A DNA stretch of 63,199 bases, the filler included, from Choristocarpus tenellus KU-1152 (Eukaryota; Protista; Phaeophyceae), in assembly GCA_964200185.2 (NCBI GenBank). It is 11 parts of 11 records of this genome, joined end to end, with 100 filler letters (N's around TTAATTAATTAA, not from the genome) between each part and the next. Parts side by side here need not be neighbours in the genome. Positions count along the whole stretch, not along the records: positions 10,110 to 14,021 come from CAXNAD020017193.1; positions 14,122 to 18,781 come from CAXNAD020013576.1; positions 18,882 to 21,956 come from CAXNAD020022506.1; positions 22,057 to 27,592 come from CAXNAD020010484.1; 7 more parts are not named here. One strand, 5' to 3'. A model generated the notes under the pieces. That model saw nothing but the letters and a program-made list of their open reading frames with translations. It was not told the origin of the DNA and did not search any database. Position 1 is the first letter of the stretch. Each line of letters opens with the position of its first letter. Positions 13,141 to 26,119 of this stretch are shown one piece after another. Position numbers and translations under genes: made by a program.

Positions 13141-13604
13141 TCATATTTTTTATCATAACCTGCCGCAAATAGCATGATATCGTACGCAAGGAACCTGCAG
13201 TGAGTAACTAACTTATTGAAGGCGTTTGTACTGAGTATAGTGTTTGTACTTCAAAGTAGAAAACAAAAAATAATCTTGCATATTTTTTCAAAATGTGATT
13301 GATGAAGAAGTTGTGTCAACGTGACTGCAAAGGAGGGCAAGAGTTGCTTTTTTCTCATCTATAGGAACCCCAACTTAGTCACAAGCATCGTGTCGACTAG
13401 GATACCCCTCCCAGGAGCAAGCACGGTACGATGAATGGGATATGGTTAAGTGCACTCTTGACTGAAGATTGAAACAGCCCATCCTCACTTTTCAGCAGAT
13501 TTTCTCTTGGCCAAAGCCTCCATGCGTTGCACCTCAGCCATTTCAGCATCCCGGTGCTCAGTGAAGTGAGACTGGCGTCTGCGTATTGCTAGGAGTTCCT
13601 CTTC
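11731..13604 (-). CDS. RSP3: Flagellar radial spoke protein 3, two internal exons (partial)
   Basis: Exons 13604-13489 and 11842-11731 join in phase 2 to give EEELLAIRRRQSHFTEHRDAEMAEVQRMEALAKRKSAEKQRRMKQQQEFKKAREALLEKVAARSFAHNYLADLGTN. This matches the RSP3/RSPH3 coiled-coil core (EEEEL..MR..Q..F...R.AE...QRME...EK.RR...KVAA..FA..YL). Confidence 0.82.
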
Positions 13605-14121
13605 CTGGCGTACAAAATGGCAACGCACACAGAAGGAGATGGTTCGAAAATGAATCTTGAAGTCTACTGTATCCCTTGCTCAGGAAGGAATTGGAGTCAA
13701 GCTGAGACTCGAAGGCGTGAAGCCAAACAGTTTGTTTTTCGAAAAGTAAAACGGTTCTGGACCATAGTATCTTAGTTCAGGTGTCAGGGGGGGTTCAGGT
13801 GTCAATTCGAGGTGTTTTTGCCCCTGTAGCAATTTTCATGTCATTTTAGTGAACCTTTCAGATGCAAGGGCAATTTCCTTCTGGATGCACATTTCTTTTC
13901 CACCCCTCTGCCTGGACCAAATCGGAAGCAAAATCACCAGCAAAACGGATACCAAACTGGGGCACCTTGCAATACCCCATCAAGCCCGGAATGGACAACA
14001 TGGGCTAACCCAGATCGGAACNNNNNNNNNNNNNNNNNNNNNNNNNNNNNNNNNNNNNNNNNNNNTTAATTAATTAANNNNNNNNNNNNNNNNNNNNNNN
14101 NNNNNNNNNNNNNNNNNNNNN

Positions 14122-17100
14122 AGGCGAAGTTTGGTCATGTGTTCATCAAATGATGAGCTATAGCAAAAAAGATCGTCTAGCCAGTTTTCTACACCGTTTC
14201 CTTTGAGATCTCCTAATGCCTCTCTCATGTAACTAGAGAATACTGCAGATAGGGTTTCAACCCAAAGCCACACCTGTTATATTCCCAAAGTTGTCCATGA
14301 GTGTCAAGAAACACTGTCTTATGTTTGTCTACCTCTGCGATTTCTAGTTGAAAGAATCCTGATGCCAGATCTATGGCAGTGAAATAACTAGAAGCCTTAA
14401 GCTTATCAAAGATGCTGGTGATATTCCCGAGACCTCCTCTATCACTACGCAAGAGATCATTGAGCATCCTATAGTCTGTGCACAACCTCAGAGTCCCATC
14501 TTTCTTACATACTGCTACTACTGCTGCTGCCCATGCTGAGGTGGAGGGTCTGATAATACTACGTTCCTGCAACTGCTTGACCTCGGCTTGAATCATCTGC
14601 GTTTCTTCAGAAGAAAAGCGATTTTGTTTGGCTGCATAGGGTGTACAGTTCTCGTCTAATAGTGGTATATGTAGTACTCCTCTAGAGCTCGGGGGAACTC
14701 GTTAGGGGTCTTCAGGAAATACTCCTAAATTTCTAAATTCTTCCAACAATTCTACCAACTGTTTCTTCTGCCCTGGTGTCAGCTGTCCCATATTGGCATC
14801 GCTGAGGCTCACCGATTGATGTCGGACCTCCTTGGCTTCACCTGAAGGGGTGTCTTCTTCTTCTGTTACAGGGCTGTCACCAGTCTCGTCTGCTTCTGGG
14901 GAATACCTTGTCTGAAAACCAGTCTTGGCAAGCAGAATTTGTGCTTTTTGAGGGTCTTTGGGGGGATAGGCTAGTGACTGAAAGAGTGCAACCACCCTCT
15001 CTGTATTCTTAGTGTTCAGAGCAATCGCCTTTGCAACTGGCAGCCCTGCCTGGACACTACTGGGGGCTTACTGCACGTATATACCAGCTTGCAATAAATG
15101 GGAGTTCCTGGGTTCCACCATTGTATGTACAATCAGAGGTCTACCTCTGGCAACTCCAACAGCATTCCCTAATTCCAGGTTATACTCTGCTAAGGGCTCA
15201 ATCATCTCCAACTGTCTGGACTGTGGTTGTGCCCCCTTGACCAATCCTTTGCAGACCTTCCTGACAAACCCTTCTACATGTTCTACTTCTGACAGACGCA
15301 ATTCCCATTGCAGAGTCCCATCATCCTCCCACGCTACCTCTACGGGAAGGAGTACTACACCTGGACTCTCCAGTGATCGGGTCAGGGGACCCTTTTCCTG
15401 GGCAAGATCTATTGTGGCGATACCTGCCTCTGGATCCGTATCTTGGGTTCCTGCTTCTGGGTCTACATAAAAAGGTTGCATGTTCATTTTCTAGTGGTGT
15501 ATGCTCACCAGTTAGAGTACTAGTGCATCTTGGGATTCTAGGGACTATGTCAGGGGGGGGTTCTCTACATCTAACTGATCTGGGGTTATTGGGAGGCAGT
15601 CTGTGGTACTTAGATGGTCGGGTTGTGGGTGTCATTGATGCTCACGTACTCTATCCTCTGGGGAAACAGCATTGGCAGTATGCAGGACCCTAGTACCTGC
15701 ATATGTGGGGTGCTGCATCCCTTCGGGTTTGCCGCATGCAATGTTCCCTTACCGGTTTGGTTAAGGTGTGGTAGGCCGGTGCTGCCCCCCCAGAGAGTAG
15801 TACTGCGGCAAAAAGCAGACGAAATGTAGTTCCCACCTCCTGCACCAGTGTCAAGGAGTATCTGTACAGGCATTCTCGAGCGGACTTTGCAAGGGTGCCA
15901 CAGCAGTGCAGATAGCCATACTTGACTAGTTCGTTGGGCAGTTGACATAGTGGATATTGTCGAGTTAGGTGTGGGGGTCATGCTTCCTATGGCTACAGTG
16001 TCTAAGTTCCCTGGAGCTGAAGACTCCAGGGTGCACCCTCAGGGCAACTCAGGAACTTCAGAATCGGTTGGGTTGCTTGCAAATGGTGGCGGAAACTCAA
16101 AGTCCTGCATCAGGGCGAGGTAGTGCAAGTGGGAATCTGTCAAGGCTACCATCGTACGCAACTCGTTCATTGAGGGAGTGAAGGTATCTTAGAGGGTACG
16201 ATTTCTGCCCTGTTTGTCCATTTGGGGCTTGGCTTCCCACGGGTTTTTAATTAATGACATATTACCTACTCCAAGATGTTCCGGAGTAGGTAAATTGTTT
16301 ACATTATGAAAAGGTGTGTGTGGAACAAGGATATTGACATCTCCTAACAAACATGATAGCCAAAATTACATCAAAATTACAACATTGGATTTTGACCCCC
16401 CCAATGGACGCGGCTCTACACTATAAAATACTTTGACTCTTTGGCTTATTTTGGGACAGATGTGCAAAGTAACCTTTAGGTACTACAGAGTCGTCGTGAG
16501 TATACCTGCACCTGCGACCGATAGACTTGAAGCATCTGCGATCAGAAGCATGATGGAAACAAACTCGATATGCCTTGAGCCACTAGACAACCTCATCTTG
16601 GGAAGCAGATGGTGAAGGTAAATCCTTACCTGAATGGTGTCGACCTGCATCGCTCGCTCTCTGTCTGTGGTTATAGAAGACGTGGATCAGGGCATAGACT
16701 GGGTGGCGGGTGTTGCCGGTCAAACGGGCGCGGATGCATTGCTCTTCGAAACGAACGTGGTCCCATGTTTCCCAGGAGCAGAAGCAGGTTGGTTTCCCAA
16801 CGCAGCACAGACAACGGGCAGGGGGTTTTGGGACAAAACAGGTTCCTGTCTGCCTATTGGCGTGTCAACTGGGGCAGACAAAGGGTCGGACATGCTTGCA
16901 AACATAGCACGAGCGTTAGCCATGCTACCTAAAGCAGTATGTGACTATCTTTAGACGACACAGATTTTGCAGCATTTTGATTGGTTGGAAAAAATGCCTA
17001 CTGGTCGCTACGATTGGACAATTCTTCGATAAGATCATCAAAGATTCGTTCTGCTTTAATTCCCCGCTTTACCATTTCATCTCCTAAAGGAATGTTCTGG

Positions 17101-18440
17101 GAAATTGCCAGTGGGCGAATTTGGTTCCGAATCTCCTTTCGAAATGAAAATGCCATCGACTATACTCCAATCTGATCGATAAGATTGGGGAAAAGGATAG
17201 GAAGAGCTCGTTCGCAAAGATCAATGAGTTGATCTTCAGCTATATACCTCCAAAAGAAAGCTGTCTCACAAACATGAGGCATCCACAAATCTACCGTGTA
17301 AGCTCGATTTTGTAAGACAAGCCTGTTGGCCGTAACTTTCCACGATTCCCCTCTCTCGGTCCTTAAAGAACTCATGGCGTTCTTTAAGGCATTCTTCGAC
17401 TGACTATACGAAAGGGTGCATTCTCTCACCAGGATACGAACCCACTCGGTCGCTGTCATGTCTTCCCAAGGAACCTGAAGGAGGTGTCGAGTGACGCTTG
17501 GGACTTCCACTGTAGATGGGTCGATTAGGAGATCACTGTGGGTCCTAAGAGAGTCAGACAGTAGCTGCTCAAGAAGCTCGATGCGAAAAGGGGTAAGGGC
17601 ATCACTAAGTGGGTGTGATGTATTGCGATAGTGGGCACGATCTTTGGGTAAGGCCCACGATCCTCCTTGAACCCTCCCTAAGGCCTTGGTAAGAGCGTCA
17701 GCGAAAAAAACGGGGATGTTTGACATGGTTGGGGCGGAGTTATCTGCAGGTACTCCAAGAAAGACGGGGCCGTGGGCAGGGTCTCCGAGATTCTTATGAA
17801 TGTGTTCCATGTTTTTAACACAATCCTGATAGTAGTGCATGTCGAGATTGCGCTCCTGCCTACCGGGTCATGACTCATGTGACGAGGCCTGCGTACGCAA
17901 CTCATGAATCTCTCTTCGCAATTCTTCCTCAACCTCTCAGGATCGACGTACCGTACTCAGGCTATTCCTTCGGGATTGTCTGGGTGATACAGACCTGTGT
18001 GAAGAATAATAATCACTGGTCCGACAGTGACGACGCAGTGAACGTGTGTGGCCTCTGCGTTCTTCTCTGCTCCTCCTTCCATGTCGATGGGAGCGTCTGT
18101 CCCGGGATCTCGACCTGGAGCGGGATCTGCCACGAGTGGAAGACTGAAAACGAACGCGCTCTCTTCGCCTGTCTCAACGTTCATCAGCGTGGACACCACT
18201 GCGACCAGAATTGCCTTGAGTTGTGGCACTAGTCTGGAATCTCTCGGAATCATCGATTCCTTGGAGGATCTGTGGGGCGGAGGTGACCTCAGCTTCTTGC
18301 AAATACTGTGAGCCAGACATGTCTGTAAACCTGGGGAATAAAGGGCAAGATGGCAACCAAAAGAGAGCAAAAAATGTGTGAGGAAAGGAACGCAGAACAA
18401 TTGACTACCTAGGCACATCTCGAGGTTGGTGGTCAAAGAC
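14122..18440 (-). mobile_element. Degenerate Ty3/Gypsy LTR retrotransposon (gag-like region, aspartic protease, RT); truncated at contig edge
   Basis: Protease ILLDTGAGGGNYIS (15610-15981). RT IRPSTSAWAAAVVAVCKKDGTLRLCTDYRMLN...AIDLASGFFQL...DKHKTVF...FGLK...WLDDLF (14122-14600). PR-RT order is gypsy-type. Broken gag-like ORFs lie at 16440-18436. Confidence 0.92.
16176..16439. mobile_element. MITE family A copy inserted in the Gypsy element
   Basis: GAGTGAAGGTATCTTAGAGGGTA...ATACTTTGACTC; no TSD retained. Confidence 0.88.
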
Positions 18441-18881
18441 CACTCATTTTATGACTATAGGCGAGTGATATGGCGATCATAGGCCACTCGTTTTACGGCT
18501 AGAGAGGGGCAATTCCCTCAGAGCCACAGAAACCCTCAGACCCTTGAAGACGACGAACCCACGGGAGGGAAATCCCGTAGACGACGGATGATGACCACAG
18601 CCCAAGGGAAAAAGAAAATAAGCCAGGAAGCTACAAAGAATCCTAAGTGTTGAGGTGAATAATGAGTATTCCCTCCAGTTTGAAGAGAGGCGGTAGGACC
18701 TCCATGTTACAGGCGCCCCTCGGAACTCACCTCCACAGGATGTACAACTCAAATCCAACGACCTTAAAACGACGCTATGGGNNNNNNNNNNNNNNNNNNN
18801 NNNNNNNNNNNNNNNNNNNNNNNNNTTAATTAATTAANNNNNNNNNNNNNNNNNNNNNNNNNNNNNNNNNNNNNNNNNNNN

Positions 18882-19032
18882 GTCTACACCAGGGTGTCCA
18901 TTCAAGCCCTGACCAGGAGAAGTACACTAACATTATCCATCCGACGCATGCAATCAAATCACCCAAAAATCGTGACATGGAAAAATGGGCCCCAAATGGA
19001 CAGCCACCACCACCCCCCAGATACTTTGAGCC
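18882..19032. mobile_element. MITE family B copy, truncated by contig start
   Basis: Ends in CCCCCAGATACTTTGAGCC; reverse complement of 20778-20955. Confidence 0.8.
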
Positions 19033-19068
19033 TTTACACATGTTTGAGAAGATCGAAATATATATATG

Positions 19069-19825
19069 CTCCCTCTTTCCCATTAGTCTGTTCTTTATGC
19101 ATGTAACTCTTCAGGATGAACTCTGATTTCAAAACGGATTTTTGCATTGGATTCCTTAACATGTTTGCATTAGAATGCCTTTCCTTGCTTTCACTCAACG
19201 CCGTCAATCCACCATTTCAGTGCCTTCTTGTGGACGTCGTGATCTACCGGAGCCGACATTGGCAACATACCCTCCCGCTGCCTCTTTCTGGTCCCCCTGT
19301 GCTGCACCTCGAAATCGTACCCCCCCAGCCCCTTGAGCACCTGGTTTTACCGCTTAAAAAGACTCTGCTATACCCTCTTGAGGGTTTCTGCGTCGTACTC
19401 ATTGAATATCCGTTTAACCCCCTCAACAAGGTCATCCCAAGTCGATGTCAGAGGTCATCCCGAAGAGGTACATGCATAAAGGAACAGACTTATGGGACAG
19501 AGGGAGAAAACCTCGAGAAGGCATGGCAGAGTCTCTTTAAGAGGTACAACCAGGTGCTCAAGGGGCTGGGGGGAACGACTTTGAGGTACAGCACACGGGA
19601 ACCAGAAAGAGGCAGCGGGAGGGTAAGTTGCCCATGTCGGTTCTGGTAGATCACGACGCCCACAAGAAGGCACTGATATAGTGGATTGACGGCGTTGAGT
19701 GAAAGCGAGGAAAGGCATTCTCATGCAAACATGTCAAGGAACCCAACGCAAAAATCCGTTTTGAAGTCAGAGTTTATCCCGAAGAGTTACATGCAAAAAG
19801 GAAAAGACTTATGGGAAAGAGGGAG
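19069..19825. mobile_element. DD39D (plant-type) mariner/Stowaway-like remnants in foldback arrangement
   Basis: Three CTCCCTCT(G/T)TCCCAT(A/T)AGT TIRs (starting 19069, ending 19506, ending 19825 followed by TA). Both arms encode a decayed transposase C-terminus: WDDLVEGVKRIFNEYDAETL...QSLFKRYNQVLKGLGG.DFEVQH.GTRKRQREGKLP. Confidence 0.75.
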
Positions 19826-20777
19826 TATATATTTTTCGTCAAACTGGTTCTATTATGGAAAAATGAGGATATCTCTAACTTTTTTACTGTCGTATGATAT
19901 AGAGCACTATGACGATGCTACCCAATCCGCGCCAAAACAATTTGGTTTTAGGGTCCCTCGAAATTATTATTTGCTTACTTTAGTCTGTTGACTATCCCAA
20001 CCCGTGGTCAAAGGCACTACACTGCGCTACTACATATTATATATTACTATCAAAAACTACAACTATGACTGTTGCAGTTACGACTGTGAGTCAAAGTAAG
20101 TGAGAGGTACCCAGATTTTGACCTTTTTTCATTCTAACCCAGTTTTTCAATCTTTTGAGATTCGCTCCTGATTATTTGGATGAAGTGCTTAAGTTTGACT
20201 TGAGATATGAATCGTGTGATTCTGTGGCGGCGTGTTTGACTCAGGTAAGTAAGGGTGGCGAAGAGAATCACCAGACAAGACGGACCAGACGGACCAAGAC
20301 AAACCGTAACTGAGAGAACAAGGTTAAGGTTGGATAAGTTCAAGACTGCAAAGACTTACAGAAAAACTGGGGAGTGATGACAATCTTACGAGAGGGGAAT
20401 CATCACAAAATTTTCAAGTAATGCACATCTATCTCTGGTTGCAGGGATGTGTATTACTTGCGGCATTGGTTTCTTGTACAAAATTCCCCACCTCGATTAT
20501 TTGGAAGATTTATATTGTTTGAAAATTTTCGACATAATTAATGGGCACGGAGGGGTTTGTTGGATTCTTTGGATGCTTCCCTAGCTCCTATTCCTGAAGC
20601 ACAGGAATAGGTCGGTTGGAGGCACAGGAAGGCAGTGAGTGGTACAACATAGATAGTAGTGAAATAAAAAATAGAGTAGTGTTTTTCGCAGTTTTGACAT
20701 ATATTTTACTTCTTCCCGGCTTATACCGATATGTGAATATAGTTTGATTGGTTTGCCCCCTGACACATCTCTAAAAT

Positions 20778-20955
20778 GGCTCAAAGTATCTGGGGGGTGG
20801 CGGCTGTCCATTTGGGGTCAATTTTTTAATGTCGCAATTTTGGGTGAATTGGTTGCATATTATGTCTGATGGATAAGGTAAACACACTTTTCCTGATTTT
20901 GACCCAAATGAACACCCCTGGCGTAGATCCCCCCCCCCCCCAGATACTTTGGGTC
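20778..20955. mobile_element. MITE family B full copy (~180 bp), flanked by AAT/AAT
   Basis: TIRs GGCTCAAAGTATCTGGGGG...CCCCCAGATACTTTGGGTC. Confidence 0.85.
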
Positions 20956-21270
20956 AATGTCAGAGGGCATAATAATAGAATTAATTAATTCGTAATTATC
21001 CTATCTATACACATTAGCAAAATCCAAATTTTGCACATTTTGCGGACATCCTTAAAATATAACTCTGGATACCTCTCGTTTACTCTCTGTCTTGCCTCTG
21101 TTTGCAACTTAATTTTCGTGCGTTGGGTTCAATCATTCCATCAACCCACCGCTTGTCTCTCCTCCTCCTGTTGCTTCAAAATCTTATGGTCTTTGCAAGT
21201 AAGTGAGACAAAGAAAGGAGCACTTAACAGGATTATCATTCCAACGCATTGTTCGAAGAGATTGATCTAA

Positions 21271-21455
21271 GGCTCAATATATCTGGGGGGTGGGTGGTTG
21301 TTGTCCATTCGGGGCCCATTTTTCCACGTCGCGATTTTTGGGCAATTTGGTTGCATGCGTCGGATGGATAATCTAAGTTCACTTCTCTTGGTTGGGGCCC
21401 GAATGGACACCAGGGTGTAGACCCCCCCCGCCCCCCCCCGCCCAGCTACTTTGAG
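21271..21455. mobile_element. MITE family B copy; further ends at 51818-51876, 55112-55132, 55233-55264, 63160-63199
   Basis: Homologous to 20778-20955. Confidence 0.8.
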
Positions 21456-24400
21456 GAGAAGGGACCAAGCACACGAAAGAAGGATGTTGATGCAAAGGAT
21501 GCCTATTATGATGAGAGAAATAATATCTTCTCCACAACTTATTCTGAGGCAAAGACACGAACACAGGAGAAACACAAATGAAGCGCAGGCCACACTCCCA
21601 CGTCGATTAATTGAACCTTGCGGCTTACTACCACCTATTGTGTTTCCCACACGTGGGAAGTGCAATGAAGGGAAGTCCTTACCTTCATGAGCCCGCATAG
21701 ATTAAGATCGACACCACTCACTAGGTTGTACCTTTTAAGTGGCAGGAGGTAGATTGCAAAATTAGTTTTGTTCGTACGATTACTAAAAATGCCATTTCCT
21801 GAGAGGCCACGAGGGACCTCAATGGACCAGGGAACACTGAGTGCTAACAGATAGCAAACAGGGTCAGACTGCAAACAAAGGTTAGTCACCAAGGATGTGA
21901 AGTAGAAACCGAGTCAATTGTCCTTGAGGGATACTCATCTATCCCAAGTAACAGTGNNNNNNNNNNNNNNNNNNNNNNNNNNNNNNNNNNNNNNNNNNNN
22001 TTAATTAATTAANNNNNNNNNNNNNNNNNNNNNNNNNNNNNNNNNNNNNNNNNNNNCTGTGCCCCCAGCCAACCAGAATTCTACCGCCCACAAAACTCAG
22101 TTTACTTCATAAACTCTCACTTTCATGTTTTTGGAGTGGAAGAGGTATATTGGTCTACTCGTCCTCGTCCTCTCATTTTTGTAATTATCCCATAGCCAAC
22201 GAAGTGTGATTCAATCGACCAATCAATCAACCAATAAAGGTGCTATTGCAGTATTCTGACACGTGAAAGGTCTGATTGTTGTGTTTTGAAATTAGAGGAG
22301 AGAATTGACGTCCACATACAACAAATATGAAATGATTGGAGCGCTATTTTTTTGTTATTGTTACCTCTTTTTTTCAAGAAGTCAATCAAATCATCGCGAA
22401 AATGAAAATGATTACATTCTCATATTAACGAGATGTTTATTTATTCTTATTTTCGGAGATAGGGTTAGGGCAATATATATATATTGGTACCACACACATT
22501 GGAACCTGTTCAATACCAAATCCCTTTCATTTTTATCAACTGGTTGTCTCTTTTACTATCATGATCATGATGATTTACATACTTATATATGTAGCTAATG
22601 ATACAAAGGTTTGATGATCCGTGTCGTAATCTCTCTGTAGGGAGAGTCGTTGTTCTTTCTCAAACGTTAAAATTTTTTTCGCATCATCCAAACAATAGTA
22701 ATAGTACAATGTATATGTATTGTCCCTAGTAATAATGTCCAGTAACATTTTGTATGGAGATAGAGGCTTTGTACATGGTTATGTCGATACTGAGCATCCT
22801 ACGTATTCCACGAGTTAGAAGAGGGTACTTTAAGGTTTATCGTTCATATCTTATTTAAAAGTGTATTCTTTACTGGGAGTCACTTTTCTTTATTGGGAAT
22901 TATGAGTTCAACAATAATGTGTATATTTTGCATCTTTGGCTGTATTAGGTACCCAGATAAATTTGTCCTACATATAAAAAACAATAATGACATATCTGCA
23001 AAATGTCAGAGGGCATAATAATATAATAATGTATATTCGATTTTCTTGATGTGGTCGATAAAAATAAGAACTTTAAGGTACGTCACATACAGTTAGACGC
23101 GCGCGAATCGCCGAAGTCACCAACCAAACACTCATCACACATTCGTGTGAAAGTATCTTACTAAATATTATACTCATTGTACACACAGTATTGAATCATT
23201 TCCCTTGGAACTGTGTAGCGTGGTATATGTGCTCGATGAGATTGTGAACTGCAGTGCCTCAATCCGCCAATTCGGGTCCTGTCTGAAGAGGAAAAATAAT
23301 GTCGTGTGTAGTACGTTTTAATCATATCCATTACTATATGTAGTAGTACCTATATATTGTACAATACCTCCTAACATGTTGCAAGGATTGTTTATCATAA
23401 TATCGATGTTGTATGTTAGATGCAATGTCGTATTCCATTTTGCACGAACTAGAAAGGGAGGAGAAGGCAAAAACAATACCTTGCAATTGAGATTTGGAGA
23501 AGAGGAAAGATAATGTAAGGAATACAACAATCATATAGCGACAGAAAGGACCATAGTACTCCTGCTTTTTTATCGGTCCATCTATGTTTTGTAAAACAAT
23601 GGACAAGAAAACTGAAAGGAACGTTCCTAAGCTGACTCTATTATGAGAGTGGACAAAAAAAAGAAGGGAAGAATGCCATGAATCTGTCAACTCTCTTACA
23701 CCATCAACCAATATTATTCAACATATACAAATGGTACATGGTTCAAAGTATAAAGTCATAAAATATTTCTACCCGATTTTGTATGTACGCATAGTCACAG
23801 TAGATTAAAATAATGGTTTATTTTTTAGTTTGAATTATTGGAAGATCAGATATATCAGATATGGTATGGTTAGGGATAGGTTATGTTTTAGAAAAAATGA
23901 AAAAAGGATAAAGAAATTTGAAATTTTTCAGACCGATTTTCCCGATAACCTGAACCAGGTATCCATCATCCATTGACAAATCCGATCTACACAAAAGTCC
24001 AGTAATAGTGCTTATACTGTTATTGTTTTACAGTTATATCGTAATATCAGTATTAATGTATTGAGAAGTTCGTGAAGTATGTTCACCATATTTCTCACTT
24101 CATTCATCAAATTTTTCCTCGATTTTGGTACAACACAAAAAAAACGAGATTGACTGATGACCCAAAAAAAAAATGATTCTACCCTGCACACGAAGGCCCA
24201 CTTGAACAAGGGGGTAGGAACTGGGAAGGTGTCTTCGCACGGTCATAAACATACACATCCTCCATTAAAACTTTTTTCAAAGGGAGAATATCATCGGTTG
24301 CACTGCATAATTCTCTGTCCCTCCTTGCTACAGCTATCATCCCGGAGGTGGGCCCCTCCGGAATGTGCTGAGCGGACGACGTTTTGAGGAGACAGAAACA

Positions 24401-25047
24401 CAACCAGGTCCTGGCCTTCTCGGTACGTTTGGTGCAGTTTATCCATTGCAGTTTAAAGCTTGTGCCAATACATATATCTGCTAAGTGTGTATTTCGATAG
24501 AAATATGCTAGGCACTACTGCGATGTCCTCGGCACTACTTTGTCTACGGGAGCACGAATGAACATAGATTGGTGCTAGGATTTGCGGATGACGCTTGCTG
24601 GATTCGTAAGGTCCCGAGGGTGGTTCCTCGAGATTTTGTTAGCTATGGATCGAGCTCAGGGAGTGATTATGTCATGGCCTCATATAACCCAATTGAAGAC
24701 TGTGTTCTACTCGGAAATCTCATCTTGCATCTCACCTTGCATCTCATCTTTCTCATTAGAGATAATTCATGTGATTCTCCATTGTTTCAACGGTGATTGA
24801 CGTACCTTGCCAACAAACCGCTGACTTTCCTCACCCTTACTGCTTTGATACTCTGTGCTCTTACCATCGTCTTTGGACAATCTCTTCATCACCCGAAGGT
24901 GACCTCAGCTCAGAGTCTTTACACTTCATTTACAATTTGCGGGTCGGCGATTCACTGCAACAAGTGCTCACAGCCCTTGCCCTAAGTCATACATTTGATA
25001 GCTTGGGTGATGGTGGAAATCCTAGCAGATAGCAGAGGAGATTGCGA

Positions 25048-26119
25048 ATGGAGCCCAGATATGGAGCTCGACAGGTGAGTTGCATTCCCCTCTGCGTGTG
25101 TTACGAACGTTGCTGGCTATCTGCGCCAGTACAGACAATCTCTCCCTCTCCCCTTCCAATCTGTCATAACTTTGGTTACGGATTCTGTTGAAACTGGTAT
25201 ATATCAGTAGTGGGCAAGGAAAACAAACGCGACATCTGTTGTTTCACCAATCCACACTCGAGCGACGGTCTCTTCCCCAGATGATTTATGCCCTGTGGTG
25301 TTTTCGCACCGCTAAAGAAAGCGGCTCCAGTTGGGTTGTGTCGATGTCACCCCACCAACCAGGCATAGGTATGAATAAATCGTATCCCATTGTCTCCTCT
25401 GCTGGGGCCAACAGCTTCATGGGCCATACTCTGTGTTGAAAATAGTCCCACCTGACCCACAATCCCTGAATAATCCATCCCTCCAATCTTTTCATACTTG
25501 ATCTCAATAGCCCACCTTGCCTACAACCATGTCCCCACCACCCCCTCCTGTGCCATGCAATAGCTGCGATGCAGAGAAGGCAGCAGCCCTATTGCTCTCT
25601 GTGGCTCCAAGGTGCAGATCTCAGAGCCTGGAGAACAACACTATATCACCGGTTCAGATACCCATTCCAGTCTTCACAACAAATTCCTCTTCAAGTGCTC
25701 CCCTTCAAAATGACCAAGAGGGCAATGATGGCAATGGTAAGAACGTTGCCATTGCCCCGGTTGCAGCTGTTCTCCCCTCCACACCCGACACTGCGATGGC
25801 AGAAGCATCTGCTATACCAGATGGAGCAAGTGTCGTAACAGCTTCGCCACTGGGTGTGAAAGAGGAGCATCCGCCGATGCCACTGTCATCGACTTCCCCC
25901 ACACCCACCCTCACCCCCCCACCTACACCGCAGTGGCCGCTTTCAGCTGCAGAGAATGTTGTTTCTTCTCTTCCTGTGCCTTCCAGTGACTGGAATGCTC
26001 CCGCACAGGGTGATGAGGACACGGTTGATGGTGAGGGTGAGGGCGGGGGCAGGGGCGGGGGTGGGGGCGGGGGTGGGGGGGTTGAGGTTGGGAAGGAGCC
26101 TGGCTGCATAGGTGGTCAG
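25048..26119 (+). CDS. Hypothetical Pro/Ser/Ala-rich protein, N-terminal exons (partial)
   Basis: Exon 25048-25074 (MEPRYGARQ|GTGAGT) splices in phase 0 to TAG|25511-26119 (203 codons, ends CAG|GTGAGA). It contains DAEKAAALLLSV. No domain recognised. Confidence 0.5.

Noticed and set aside
18430-18781. 5' LTR and PBS of the Gypsy element
   Set aside because: Position is plausible, but there is no second LTR in the contig and no clear tRNA-complementary PBS.
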